Source: Puccinia triticina (lineage: Eukaryota). From it: a stretch of DNA of 64,000 bases. Below, in pieces: positions 52,805-64,000 of this stretch. Both the position numbers and the translations under genes were made by a program. Each line of letters starts with the position of its first letter. Position 1 is the first letter of the stretch. The stretch is from the NCBI GenBank assembly GCA_026914245.1, contig CP110439.1, forward strand, positions 6,138,001 through 6,202,000, given 5' to 3'. A model generated the notes under the pieces. It was not told where the DNA came from. It saw only the letters and a list, made by a program, of their open reading frames with translations, and did not search any database.

Positions 52805-55318
52805 TAGTGATATTTGGAAACCGATCAGAGTGTAGTTGCTACATTTGGGGGGTTTGTGGTAAACAAAGGTACGTCATGAAATTTTGGATGCTTGTAAACA
52901 TTTTGGTAACCATATGGCAGAAGGATACGCACGCTGGGATGAGATATAGTGGCAGAAACACCCAGAAACTGGCAAAGTAGTGATATTTGGAAACTGATCA
53001 GACTGTAGCTGCTACATTTGGGGATTTTGTGGTCAGCAAAGGTACATAATGAAACTTTGGGGGCTTTTAAACATTTTGGTAACCATATGGCAGAAGAATA
53101 CCCACGTTGGGATGAGATATAGCCGCAGAAACACCCAGAAGCTACCAAAGTAGTGATATTTGGAAACTGATCAGACTGTAGCTGCTACATTTGGGGGTTT
53201 TGTGGTGGACAAAGGTATTTAATGCAATTTCGAACGCTTTTAAACATTTTGGTAACCATATGGCAGAAGGATTCCCAAGCTGGGATGGGATATAGTGGCA
53301 GAAACACCCAGAAACTGCCAAAGTAGTGATATTTGGAAACTGATCAGACTGTAGCTGCTACATTTGGGGGTTTTGTGGTGAACAAAGGTACGTAATGAAA
53401 TTTTGGACGCTTGTCAACATTTTGGTAACCATATGGCAGAAGGATTCCCACGGTGGGATGAGATACAGTGGCAGAAACACCCAGAAACTACCAAAGTAGT
53501 GATATTTGCAAACTGATCAGACTGTAGCTGCTACATTTGGGGGTTTTGTGGTCAGTAAAGGTACATAATGGAATTTTGGCAGCTTGTAAACATTTTGGTA
53601 ACCCCCTGGCAGAAGAATTCCCATGCTGGGATGAGATATAGTGGCAGAAACACCCAGAAACTACCAAAGTAGTGATATTTGGAAACTGACCAGACTGTAC
53701 CTGCTTCATGTCGGGGTTTTGTGGTCAGCAAAGGTACATAATGAAACTTTGGGGGCTTTTGAACATTTTGGTAACCATATGGCAGAAGAATACCCACACT
53801 GGGATGAGATATATTGGCAGAAACACCCAGAAACTGCCAAGGTAGTGATATTTGGAAACTGATCAGACTGTAGCTGCTACATTTGGGGGTTTTGTGGTCA
53901 GCAAAGGTACTTAATGAAACTTTGGCCGCTGATAAACACTTTGGTAACCATATGGCAGAAGAATTTCCACACTGGGATGAGATATAGCAACAGAAACACC
54001 CAGAAACTACCAAAGTAGTGATATTTGGAAACTGACCAGACTGTACCTGCTGAATTTGGGGGTTTTGTGGTGAGTAAAGGTACATTATGAAACTCTGTGT
54101 CCTTGTCAACATTTTGGTACCAACATTTTGGAAGAATTACCAGGCTGGGATGAGACATAGTCGCAGAAACACCAAGAAACAACCAAAGTAGTGCTACTTG
54201 GCAACTGATCAGATTATAGCTGCTGCATAAGGGATGTGACCCCAAATATAATATTTCTGGGTTCAATATGCAGAAAAATTTCTCAATGAAATTTTCTGAG
54301 GAAATATTCCTCATCAATCTGTGGTTGATAACAAAAGTAGATAAAAAAAGAACCTGACAAAAATATGCTAAACCATGGTAAACTAATTTTAAAAAGGCCT
54401 TCTATGCATGTAGTACTCCCAGTATGATATGCAATATCTTCAAGAAGTTCAACCAACCAAGTTAAGAATGAGTGCAGGATGGTATCATGAGAGAGGTCAG
54501 GGGTCAATGTTTTTCCTTTTTTGAAAAAAAGTAGATTCTGAGACTTCTGATAACATCCATTGTTGATTTAAAAACAAGAAAAAAGAATTTGAGACCCCTC
54601 AGCTACCCTGGATTAATCCTAAAACTTGCATTTTCAGGAAGAATTGAATGGTGTATGTAGAAATTCATTAATTTTATCAGGCAAAAAAGAAAAAAAAGAT
54701 TCCTGTGGCTTGAAGCTAACACAGGGCAAAGGAGAGAGATTATAGAAGAGTATTAAGGAGACATGGAACAAAGACAAAGGTATCAACAGGAATAATAATA
54801 AAATAAAAAAAAATGATCAATATAAATTGATCAATATACGCTATATTGATCAATATATGACATCACAAATTCATCCATCTTGGTAGTGTAATTGACCGTT
54901 TTTTATGCTTTTTGAGCTAACACCGCATTTCATACAGCAACAACCGTGGACGTTGAGCAATCTTTCAGTTTTGGCCAAGACTATGTTTCCTTACAAAGGC
55001 ATCGCCTCAGCGCATCATTGGTTACTCAAGGGATGGCGGTGGCATTCTACTCCAAGAATGGTAAGATTCAACCAGGGGTATTGCGTAAATGGAAACTAAA
55101 GAAGAGGAACGAAGCTAAGATGAAGGGAAATGAGAGAGCACAGGTGGGGAAACCATGATGCTTAAGGGGGCTATCATATACATTGTATGCTACTTATAAG
55201 AAAAAGTGAAATCAACAGCTACTTATCTGTGAGAGGCCTTGGCACTGCAAAAAGTGGTACACACCCGCGGGTACCCGCCACAAGTATGCGGGTACTCGCC
55301 AGCTTCTGCCTTGGCGGG

Positions 55319-55472
55319 TGCCCAAAATCTGAAGTTTTTCAGCCAAGTACCCGGACTTGTGGCGGGTACCCGGGTGCGAGGGGCATTCTTTATCCTGCCC
55401 AAAATCTGAAGCTTTTCAGCCAAGTACCCGGACTTGTGGCGGGTACCAGGGTGCGAGGGGCATTCTTTATCC
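55319..55472. repeat. 77-bp tandem duplication of the hAT-2 right end
   Basis: TGCCCAAAATCTGAAG...GGGCATTCTTTATCC occurs twice (55319-55395, 55396-55472). Confidence 0.9.
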
Positions 55473-55971
55473 TACACCACGGCTCCACTTGTAAAGTGAG
55501 TCGCATGGCGGGCGGACCCTCCCGTCAGATTTGGGTCCGGCCGTCCTGGCAGGACGTCGAGCAGCCCTTTGGGTCGGCCCAACCCTGCCCAACCACCCGT
55601 CGGCTGTTCCTCCCAACAGGAAGGGCAGGCCGACCTCGTCCGACCGTACCGACCCGCAAGGCAGCATGGTTGGCTTGTCTGATAGGTCCGGCCAACCCAT
55701 CTGCCCGGCGGGTCAGCATGGTTTGCTGGCCCTCAAGGTTGTCAACAGGTTGGCTGCCCCTGGAAATGAGCCAACCTTCCCAACAAGTCACCGGACTATT
55801 CAACCTTTCCATTGGCCCAAGGTCAGAAACTCACTTGAAAAAGTGAATTTCCTGAGACCACCGGTCGATCTGCCAAGCGTGCTTGCAGATTGTACATAGA
55901 AGAGAAAAAAGAAAGAAAAAAATGTTGGTTGCTCTTCATGATAAGTAGAGAATATGGTATATAGTCTTGAT

Positions 55972-58900
55972 TAAGGTGGTTATTGCCACTGCGGGCATCT
56001 GGATGTTGCTGCAGACCACAGCAACATCTGACAATTCAGTGGGGATTTGAACCCTGCGCAACAAGTATTGCAGCAACACTTGGCCAGCTGTCCATCAGCC
56101 AGCCACCGGGGTATGTACACACAATGCACCTCTCGATGGCCGGCACAACGACTGGTCACCGCAAAGACTAGCACATTGAATCAAATCGATTTGAGTATTT
56201 GTATTTGTATTCAATTTGATTCGAATGATGCTGGGTCCTATTTTGGCTCAAATATTTGATCATATTGCCACCCGGGGCCTTTTTGGCCCCGGAGGAGCTT
56301 ACATAGGCCCTCTGCTTACCCCGGGGGCCCCCAGAGACCACCGGGGCTGCAGATATGACCAGTGGACCACTGACACTGACTATACCAGTGACTACAACCA
56401 AAGACCGCCGACTGCCAACCATGGTGACAGCCAACGATCCCCCACCACAAAACAAAACAATTTTGCAATCTGATCCACCGCCGTCATCCAAAAACCTTCT
56501 GAAGAGACGTAAATTGCTTGGTGTCAACCAATCCGAGACGGCAATATCGTTTTTTGGACCTCCTGATTCTGAAGGAAAATGGACATGCTTGATTGAGGAG
56601 TGCGGCAATACGCTAGTGGCAAACAAAACGACTAAGGTCAATTTCGTCAACCACATAGCTCGTAAGCATCCTGGAGAATGGAAGCTTGCACTCGAAGCTG
56701 CTGAAAATGCCAAAGAAGGCATTGAAACTCCGCAAAGCTCTGGTACCCCCGCCCCGGCCGCTCCCCAAACGTCTAAACCTAAAGGACCTCTCCAACAGCT
56801 GATGCTCAAGTCTTGACAGGCTAATTTTGAAACCAATCTTATTGACTGGATCATTTCAGACCAACTCCCTTACGCAAAAGTCAAAAGTCCCAATTTCATC
56901 AAGATGATCCAAGGATTAGACCCGGGGATCTCGATCATGAGCAAACATACAGTATCTCGCCAAATAAAGGCCCTGTATGCGGATAGTAAGCCCGTTGTGT
57001 TTACATTCTTGATAAATGAATCCAACCAATTCTCTTTCACAACCAATATCTGGTCCTCAGCTGGCGGAACCCCTTATATTTCACTTACTTGTCATTTCAT
57101 ATCAAAAGCTTGGAAATCAGCTTCAGCAACAATTGGCTTCAAACCCTTCCGAGAAAAGCACACGGGCATCAATATCCACAACAAGATCCTTGAGATCTTT
57201 GAAGATTTTTTTTGTCATCACAAACTCGGCTTGACTTCCAAAAAGCAAAAATCAATCCACATTGATGATTCTTCTGATGAGGAATCCAGCTCATCCAATA
57301 CCCCCGATGATAATGAAAATAGTCAATCTGAAGAATCTGTTGAGAATAACGAAATGGATCTCTTGTATCTGGGCAAGCAAATACTATCAATCACCCTGGA
57401 CAACGCTTCAAACAACAACAAATTTATTGAGACCTCCCTCACCACCAAAATTCTGATCTCCCCAGAAGCTCATATCAGATGTTTTGGACATACCCTCAAC
57501 CTTGTGGCAAACAAAGTTCTCAATGTCATTGAGGATTCCTTAACAAAACTTCAAGCATTTTTTTTACATGTCCGACATTCCAATCAGGTCTTCAGTGCAT
57601 TCCAGCAACTCTGTAAGGATAATGATGTTAAACAATCTAGACCGGTCATCAACATTGCCACACGCTGGAATTCCACCTTCAACATGCTTGATTCCGCTCT
57701 TGTTCAACAACCAGCAATCAACAACCTTATCTCTTCATACATGAAATCTAACCAAGCTAGTCAAAAGGCAAAAAAGAAGAAATCTGGATCAAAGAAGAAA
57801 GGGAAAAATAGCTTGGGCACATCTTATATTATTGATGCGGTGCAGGGGGCAAATGATAGGAAAACTCATGAGATTGTCAGCAATCCCTGCAGATTTTAGT
57901 TGTATTTGTTGTCACCCAGCTCGGTTTTGCATTGCTAACAGAAGACATTCTTCATATAACAGGAAGTAATAACCAATGACGAATGGAATCTATTTGAATG
58001 GTTTCACACGTTCTTGGAGAAGTTCCAACAGGCGTTGAATGACACCCAAGGCGAATTCTACGCAACTCTCACAATTGTTATCCCGTGGTACAAGGTGCTC
58101 ATGGATCACTGCAACAAAACCATCAAGAAGTTCACCAAATCTCGTCAACCATTGAGATCAGTGATGATTGAAGCAGCTAATGCTGCTCTTGAGAAACTCC
58201 AAGGCTACTACTTGGTCCACACCCACCACTCTGTCCTTGCAGTTGTTTTGGATCCCCGATTCAAGCTCGCTCTTTTTGAAGAACAATTGATCAACCCCAA
58301 TGACAAGAGACCCGATATAAATGTTGATACTGAGACCCAGATTCAGTTCAGAGATGAAGCAATGTCAATTTTACAATTTGCTTTCAAAGATTACTCAACA
58401 AAGTATTCAGTCAAGAAGAAATCCACCTCTGAATCCTAGTCAGTTTCCAAGAAGGTCAACAATAAAATCCAGTTCCACCCGTTACAAAAATATAAGAAGA
58501 TATCCAAGCCAAGTTCAAACAATGAAATCAAGACCTACCTGAAAATGCCCGAGCCAGATTTTGAGAAAGACATCATTGAATGGTGGAAGGAGAATCAGTA
58601 TGTACTTCCAACACTTTCAATGATGGCGAAGGACTACCTTGCGATTCCGGCCACTTCAGCGGCAAGTGAACGGGTCTTCTCTCAGTCAGGTAATCTAGTT
58701 GTGGTAAAAAGATTTAATCTCACAGGTGACTCAGTTTAATCTAACATGTTCATGAGGTCTTGGCTCCTGGGAAATCTAGTTGATATTGCTTATAATTCAA
58801 TTAAAACTGAGCAGTAGTTTTACCTTTTTTTCTCTATTTGCTTTTAAAAATTTATAGTACAGTATGGATAAACATGAAATAGCTATTACTTGAGTGAAAA

Positions 58901-59740
58901 AAAGAAATATATTGCTTTCTGGATTCAAGTTTAATTCTGTGTTGACAAAATAACCAAAAATACCATTTTTGGTGTTTTTGGTACAATTTGAGTCGAATAT
59001 CTCCGAATACTCCAGTATTAAACAAATCAGTATTTGACAGTCCCAAAAAATACGTCGAATACCACCGTGCTATTCTTTGGGTCACCGAGAGCAGTACGCA
59101 CTCCTCTTGATGGCTGGCCCAAGGACCGGCCATCAGGAGGAGTCCTTGTGCTGGCCATTGAGAGTTTTCCACACTCCTCTCGATGACCAGCATAACGACT
59201 GGTCATTGGGAGGAGGAGTCCACACTCCTCTCAATGACCAGCACAAGGACCGATCATTGGGAGGAGGAATCCATACTCCTTTCAATGCCAACACAGGCTG
59301 GCGTTGAGAGGAGTACATGCACCTTGATGCCCGGTCTGTGCCGTCCATCGAGGGAAGTGTGTCTGTACTCCTCCCAATGACCGGGCCTTGGGCCAGCCAT
59401 TGAGAGGAGTGCGTACTCCTCTCGGTTACCGGTCGTTGTGCTGGCCATCAAGAGGTTTCTGTACTCCTATTGACGCCGGTTTGTGCTGGCATCAAGAGGA
59501 GTTTGGACTCCTCCCAATGACCGGTCCATGAGCTGGTCACCGAGAGGAGCGAGAGGAGTGTGTAATCCTCTCAATGGCCGGAACAAGGACCAGTCATTGA
59601 GAGGTTGTTATGTATGTACTGCGGTGGCTGGCTGTCCAAAGGCAAATCAGCTGGCCAGATGTCGCTGCAGCTGATGCTGCATTATGATATGCATTGTCAT
59701 GATGTTGCTGCGAGCCGCAGCAACAGCAAGATGCCCGCAT
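55972..59740 (+). mobile_element. hAT transposon 4, right terminus lost
   Basis: Left end TAAGGTGGTTATTGCCACTGCGGGCATC. Inverted subterminal match ends GATGCCCGCAT at 59740. Palindromic subterminal repeats at ~59080-59600. No TSD recoverable. Confidence 0.75.
56355..58818 (+). pseudogene. hAT transposase with BED finger and premature stops
   Basis: WTCLIEEC..NFVNHIARKH, FSFTTNIW, ITLDNASNN, RCFGHTLNL, ATRWNSTF and PATSAASERVFS. Stops at 56814, 58437 and 58737. Confidence 0.9.
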
Positions 59741-60222
59741 TGTATGAAGATTCTTGCTATTGCAGTGGTTGGAAGCAATTGCAATGGTGAGCGAGTAATC
59801 TAGCAATGGAGGTGCGGTCGCTGGATTGACCCTCCCGTTGGATGGTTTTTTGCTGCTCAGATCTCATCATGACCCTGGGCCCCGCGGCCAACATCTGGGT
59901 AATCCCAGCTTGAAGCCTATAAGACACTCAGGGATGAGTGAATGAAAATCTGACAATAAGATATGTGTCACGGGTAAGCACAAGTACGCTTGGTATTGAT
60001 TACACTCACGTGATGATAATTAGATATGTGTCACAGGTAAGCACAAGTACGCTTGGTATTGGTCCAATCTTGGTGAAGAAGAGAAGAGGGCCGGTACCAA
60101 GTGCACTGGTTAGACTAAGTACAAGGTTGCCGCAGCCGTAGTTATGCATATATGTACAAGTTTAGTATATGCATAGCTACCAATAAACTCTGATGAAGTA
60201 AGTTTACCACCTTGGCTACCCC

Positions 60223-61048
60223 CAAGCTTAACAAAGCCTCTTGAACGGGGGTCCCAAAGGGACTCTCCGTAGGAGAGGCTTACCTCCAAAGTCGCCCGCG
60301 TGGCCTGAGCAATTTGAGAAAATGGTGAAATTTTCACCATTTTTAAGCTCAAGAATCATTTGAGCAAAAGCAAAGCCCTTCAGAACAATTCTGATTCGGC
60401 AAAGTTGTAGCCTTGCTTCTTAGGCATATTTTCCTTGTTTTTTGGAAAAAAAGGTGCAAAATAGCCGGTTGCTTGCAATTTGCAGTTGGTCTTGTTCTTT
60501 CCTTTTGCAAAGTAAAGCTTGACAGGTGGGGAACTGTTTGGATCATCAGACCATAAACCCTCTCACAGTTTTTTGACTTGCTGCAGCCAGGTGCTGAATA
60601 CATACTAGTATCTGATCATCAATTCATCATGATTGTTAGTCGGAATGGTGAAAAATTGATAATATGTATTTGTTTTTTCTGCTGTGTGATACTTGGTTAT
60701 GTATATAACACCAGATACATCCGTTGGGATATCCGGGCTTGAAGACGTTGGATTGTTTACAGTGGCATTTTATTGGCATAATGATTTATTCAAAGGGATG
60801 AAGTTATTTGGGAATTTTAAGCTGGAATAAATGTGCTTGGAATCTTGCGCTTCTAATGGTGCTGGCGGCGGGATGTTTTTTGAAGTGCTAGTGATGAATT
60901 GAGGGGGTGAGATCACCTCCCAGCCATTTGGCTGGTAGCTCTCCCCCTCGTAAGCTGACTTTGGATGCAAGTCCCTCCCTTTGGGAGGCGGGCCCTTCGG
61001 CCCCCCCCCCCCCCCAAGCGTAGGCGTGAGGGACTTGTGTTAAGTTCG
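60223..61048. mobile_element. Non-autonomous AcademH-like element A
   Basis: Termini CAAGCTTAAC and GTTAAGTTCG. 9-bp TSD GGCTACCCC (60214-60222, 61049-61057). Subterminal hairpins. Confidence 0.8.
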
Positions 61049-61553
61049 GGCTACCCCAAGCTTGACTAAGTCTCTCCAAGGAGGCGCAAAGCGCCTCCAA
61101 AGGAGAGGATTAACTCTAAAGTCACACCATTGGCCCTAAAGACTTGAGAATTTCTGGCAAAAAAACACCTATTTTCTTTTCAAAATGTTTTTAAAAATGT
61201 AGTTTTTAGTTTAAAAAAGATCTGAGTAGACAGACTTGTAGTCTGCAATCTCAGCTTCCATTTCACCATTTTTTACCCAATTGGCCCCCATGATTACTAG
61301 CACTGCAAGAAAAACTCTAGAAACTGCTTGCAGTTGAGATGCAGCAAGCTTGAATCAAGCCTCAGCTCAAGCTGGTGTCAAGCACCCAAATTCTGTGCTG
61401 GTGCACATTGAGTGTATACCTTGTTCAGCATCCCAATGCTGAACATTCTGTAGTGATCATGCAGTAGGCTGAGGCAAATGTTCAACATTGAAAATGAGAA
61501 TCCCCCTGAGCACCCTTTTATTTTATCTTATTAAACACTCCATGTGCCATTTA

Positions 61554-61749
61554 GGGTGTTCAAAGTTGACTTGCATAAAATCATAACACCATAAAATCAT
61601 AAAATTCTAAGCTGAAAAAATATGTTGCACCCAAGCACTCAAATTAGAGCAACATTTCTAGAATGGTACATATGAAATCATCACTTGAAAGTTTTATGAT
61701 TTTATGATTTTATACATTGAAAATTTTATGATTTCAACTTTGAACACCC
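61554..61749. mobile_element. Tourist/Harbinger-like MITE
   Basis: GGGTGTTCAAAGTTGA...TCAACTTTGAACACCC with TTA on both sides. Absent from CACTG copy 1. Confidence 0.8.
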
Positions 61750-61814
61750 TTATTGAATCCAGCCAGAATAACATAAAAAGGGTGTGTACACATGAAAGGG
61801 ATATACACATAATA

Positions 61815-61975
61815 TATGGTGTTCAAAATTGCATAAGATTTTTTTACATGACAGCATAAGCTGCAATTTTGGCTGGGAGATGTCACTTTAAGTTTTATGT
61901 ACGCTGACATCTCCCAGCCAAAATCACATGTTATGCTGTTATGTAAACACATCTTATGCAATTTTGAACACCATA
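61815..61975. mobile_element. MITE
   Basis: 25-bp inverted ends TATGGTGTTCAAAATTGCATAAGAT and ATCTTATGCAATTTTGAACACCATA. Absent from CACTG copy 1. Exact boundaries uncertain. Confidence 0.7.
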
Positions 61976-63077
61976 ATAATAAATGAATATGTAAGCATGA
62001 AAGGGGAATGTGAGAGGGTGTATTAACACATAAAAGGGATATTTACAAATGATGAAAGGGGTATGTATGCATGAAAGGGTTTTGTATGTGTGAAAGGAGT
62101 ATGTGCAGTAAGGGGTATTTGCACATGAAAGGGATATGTAAACATCAAAGGGGTATGTAAACCTGAATGATGAAAGGGGTATTGAAAGGGATGTAAAAAA
62201 CTCAAAAGGGACATGTAAACATGAAAGGTTCATGAGCACATAATGAAAGGGTATGTACACATTGTGAAAGTCATACATGCACATGAAAGGGATACATGCA
62301 CATGAAAGGGTTATGTGCACATAAAAGGGTATGGACACATTGTGAAAGGTGTGAATGCATAAAAAGGGATATGTGCACATGAAAGGGGTATGTGCACATG
62401 AAAGGGGTATGTGCACATGCAAGGGATATGTGCACATGAAAGGGGTATGTGCACATGAAAGGGGAATTTGCACAGGTATCAACTCAGTATTTTGGAGCCT
62501 GTACTCAGTTTTTTAGAGATTAGACTCACTCTTGCATAAATTATGCAATTTGCATTTTATCAACCAGTGCTTGATTCTTGCATGATGCACAGCTTGCCTT
62601 GAGCTCTTGCATCTCAACTGCAAGCAGTTTCTAGAGTTTTTCTTGCAGTGTAGCCCACTCCTCCTGCCCTGAAGTGGTTCTGGAGTGGTGAGCCAGCCGT
62701 TTTTGGGCTCAAAATTTGAAATTCCCTGAGCCCGCGCGGTCCCAAAGGGGGGGATTGCTCACATAAATCTGCCATGTAAAAAAAATTACAGGAAGTTTCT
62801 TGCCAGGGGGGATGGATATGGGGGAGTTTGAAGTGGGCAAAAATAAGCTAAGAAGCTTGCCATTCCAATGGTGCAAAGGGCGCGGGATGAATCAAGAGGA
62901 AACAGGGAGGTATTGGGGAAAATGGGGGAGCGTAGGGTCCTCCCTGCCATTTGTCTTGATCCTGTAGGGCAAGACATGCGACTTTAGAGGCAAGTCCCTC
63001 CTTTGGAGGTCGCTACGCTCCCCCGAGGAGGGTACGCTTGTGTTAAGTTTGGGGCTACCCCAGCCTCCAACAAAGCC

Positions 63078-63672
63078 CTAACTTAGCTAATTCCCTCCTT
63101 GGGGGAGCGAAGCGACCTCTGAAGGAGGGACTTACGCGCTATGTGGACCCCGCGGCCTGAGAGAATTATGAATTTTGGTGGGGACTTTTTTAGAATCACT
63201 CTCCCTCATGAGCCTCTGCACCATTTTTGAAATTGTTTACATCTCTGGGATGGCCCAAGCTGTCCCTATCTTGCTACTATTTTTTCCCATCCTCAACACC
63301 TATTGTTGAGCTGTAATCAGAGTTGTAACATCATGGATTCCAGATTCTGTACAGTGCAACATGTGTGATATGGGATATAGCCAACTAGATGAAGTTGCAA
63401 AAAAAGACATTTGAATGTCATTACATATCCCTAAAAATAGGACAATAGGTGGAAAGATTCTCCTTGATGTTCTGCATCTTTTGTTCCCCTACAACTCAAT
63501 CACATAATTATGTGATGTGATGAAGCTACACATGATTGAAAAAGGCCAAGTTCCTGATTCTCCTGATTCTCTCAGGCCACGGGGTCCACTTAGTGTACAA
63601 GTCCCTCCTTCGGAGGGTCCCTGCGGGACGGTGTCCCCCCTCCACAAAGAGAGGGACTTATAGTTAAGTTAG
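63078..63672. mobile_element. Non-autonomous AcademH-like element C
   Basis: Termini CTAACTTAG and TTAAGTTAG, with ~90-bp imperfect TIRs. 9-bp TSD AACAAAGCC (63069-63077, 63673-63681). Confidence 0.85.
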
Positions 63673-64000
63673 AACAAAGCCCAACGTCCGGGTAGGATTC
63701 GTGGCCTAGCCGCCGTCAGGGGCAGCCCGACCTTCCCAACATACACTCCTCCCAACGTCCGCCGTGCAAAGTTTTGCTGCAGGGGGGGAGAGGGGGCGGC
63801 CAACGTCGGGCCGGACGTCCGCCCGCCGTCCAATGTAGCATTCCTCGCTTCGAATATTTACCCAAGTGCATGTGCATTGTGCACACAGCCACCCCTCCTC
63901 GCTCGGCGCTCCGGCGGCGGAACTTGTTCGTACATACACCTGGTGCGATGCACGGCCCTAAGGCGGCGCCAGCGGACGCGCGACGGATGTCTCGGATCTC

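Larger units (their letters stand above)
43550..54220. repeat. 173-bp tandem satellite; orientation flips at ~44520-44560
   Basis: Recurring CTGATCAGTTTCCAAATATCACTACTTTGG..GGGTGTTTCTGCCACTATATCTCATCCCA. Homologous ORFs at 45006 and 45352 are offset 346 = 2 x 173. Interrupted at 45974-49572 and 51523-52804. Confidence 0.95.
42897..54888. mobile_element. Giant non-coding CACTA-ended foldback element
   Basis: Ends TACTACCAAGATGGATGAATTTG and CAAATTCATCCATCTTGGTAGTG. TSD TAA (42894-42896, 54889-54891). About 0.65-0.85 kb of inverted arm (42897-~43700 vs ~54050-54888) grades into satellite. Confidence 0.92.
39960..55158 (+). pseudogene. Multi-exon hAT transposase; last intron carries the 12-kb CACTA foldback
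   Basis: LGLDTWQSP, IVTDNASNN, CFAHILNL and DVRTRWNST motifs. KWW..ALDVLSCP (donor ~42883) continues after the acceptor at ~54937 as ATTVDVEQSFS. In-frame TGA stops at ~42080 and ~42188. Confidence 0.9.
39651..55469 (+). mobile_element. hAT transposon 2, expanded to 15.8 kb by nested insertions
   Basis: Perfect 8-bp TSD TCCTACAC (39643-39650, 55470-55477). TIRs TAAAGAAGGCACC and GGGGCATTCTTTA. GGCGGGTAC subterminal repeats at both ends. Confidence 0.93.
61301..62650. mobile_element. CACTG element, copy 2
   Basis: TIRs as in copy 1. TSD TAG (61298-61300, 62651-62653). ~22-bp CACATGAAAGGGG repeats at ~62000-62470. Confidence 0.92.
61057..63051. mobile_element. Non-autonomous AcademH-like element B, hosting CACTG copy 2
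   Basis: Termini CAAGCTTGAC and GTTAAGTTTG. 9-bp TSD GGGCTACCC (61048-61056, 63052-63060). Confidence 0.8.

Noticed and set aside
43515..54507. Repeated ORFs such as MVVSGCFCHYISS
   Set aside because: Translations of the 173-bp satellite and the inverted arms.
55487..55844. CACT-ended element
   Set aside because: The inverted ends are imperfect and the flanks do not form a TSD.

Overview
Eukaryotic DNA with spliceosomal introns, most likely from a rust fungus (Pucciniales). The taxon is inferred from the transposon content and gene styles. The window is a densely nested field of DNA transposons. It holds four hAT elements (one with a 7-bp TSD, hATw-like), six non-autonomous CACTA-type elements (3-bp TSDs), a family of 9-bp-TSD elements of which one carries a RecQ-type helicase fragment (AcademH-like), an internally deleted Helitron, MITEs, LTR remnants, and 29-bp and 173-bp tandem arrays. 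Host genes are few: an apparently intact 7-exon flavin monooxygenase (FMO), a small intron-containing gene of unknown function, a 5'-truncated casein kinase II beta pseudogene, and a decayed secreted-protein-like gene. Four structures stand out. (1) A 540-bp intron-containing copy of the FMO gene lies inside the hAT transposase sitting in that gene's promoter, making a long inverted repeat. (2) A 12-kb CACTA-ended foldback element built from 173-bp satellite lies in an intron of another hAT and itself hosts two further elements. (3) AcademH-like elements are stacked at each other's TSDs. (4) A 29-bp array is made of palindromic units. All boundaries were read by eye and no database searches were run.
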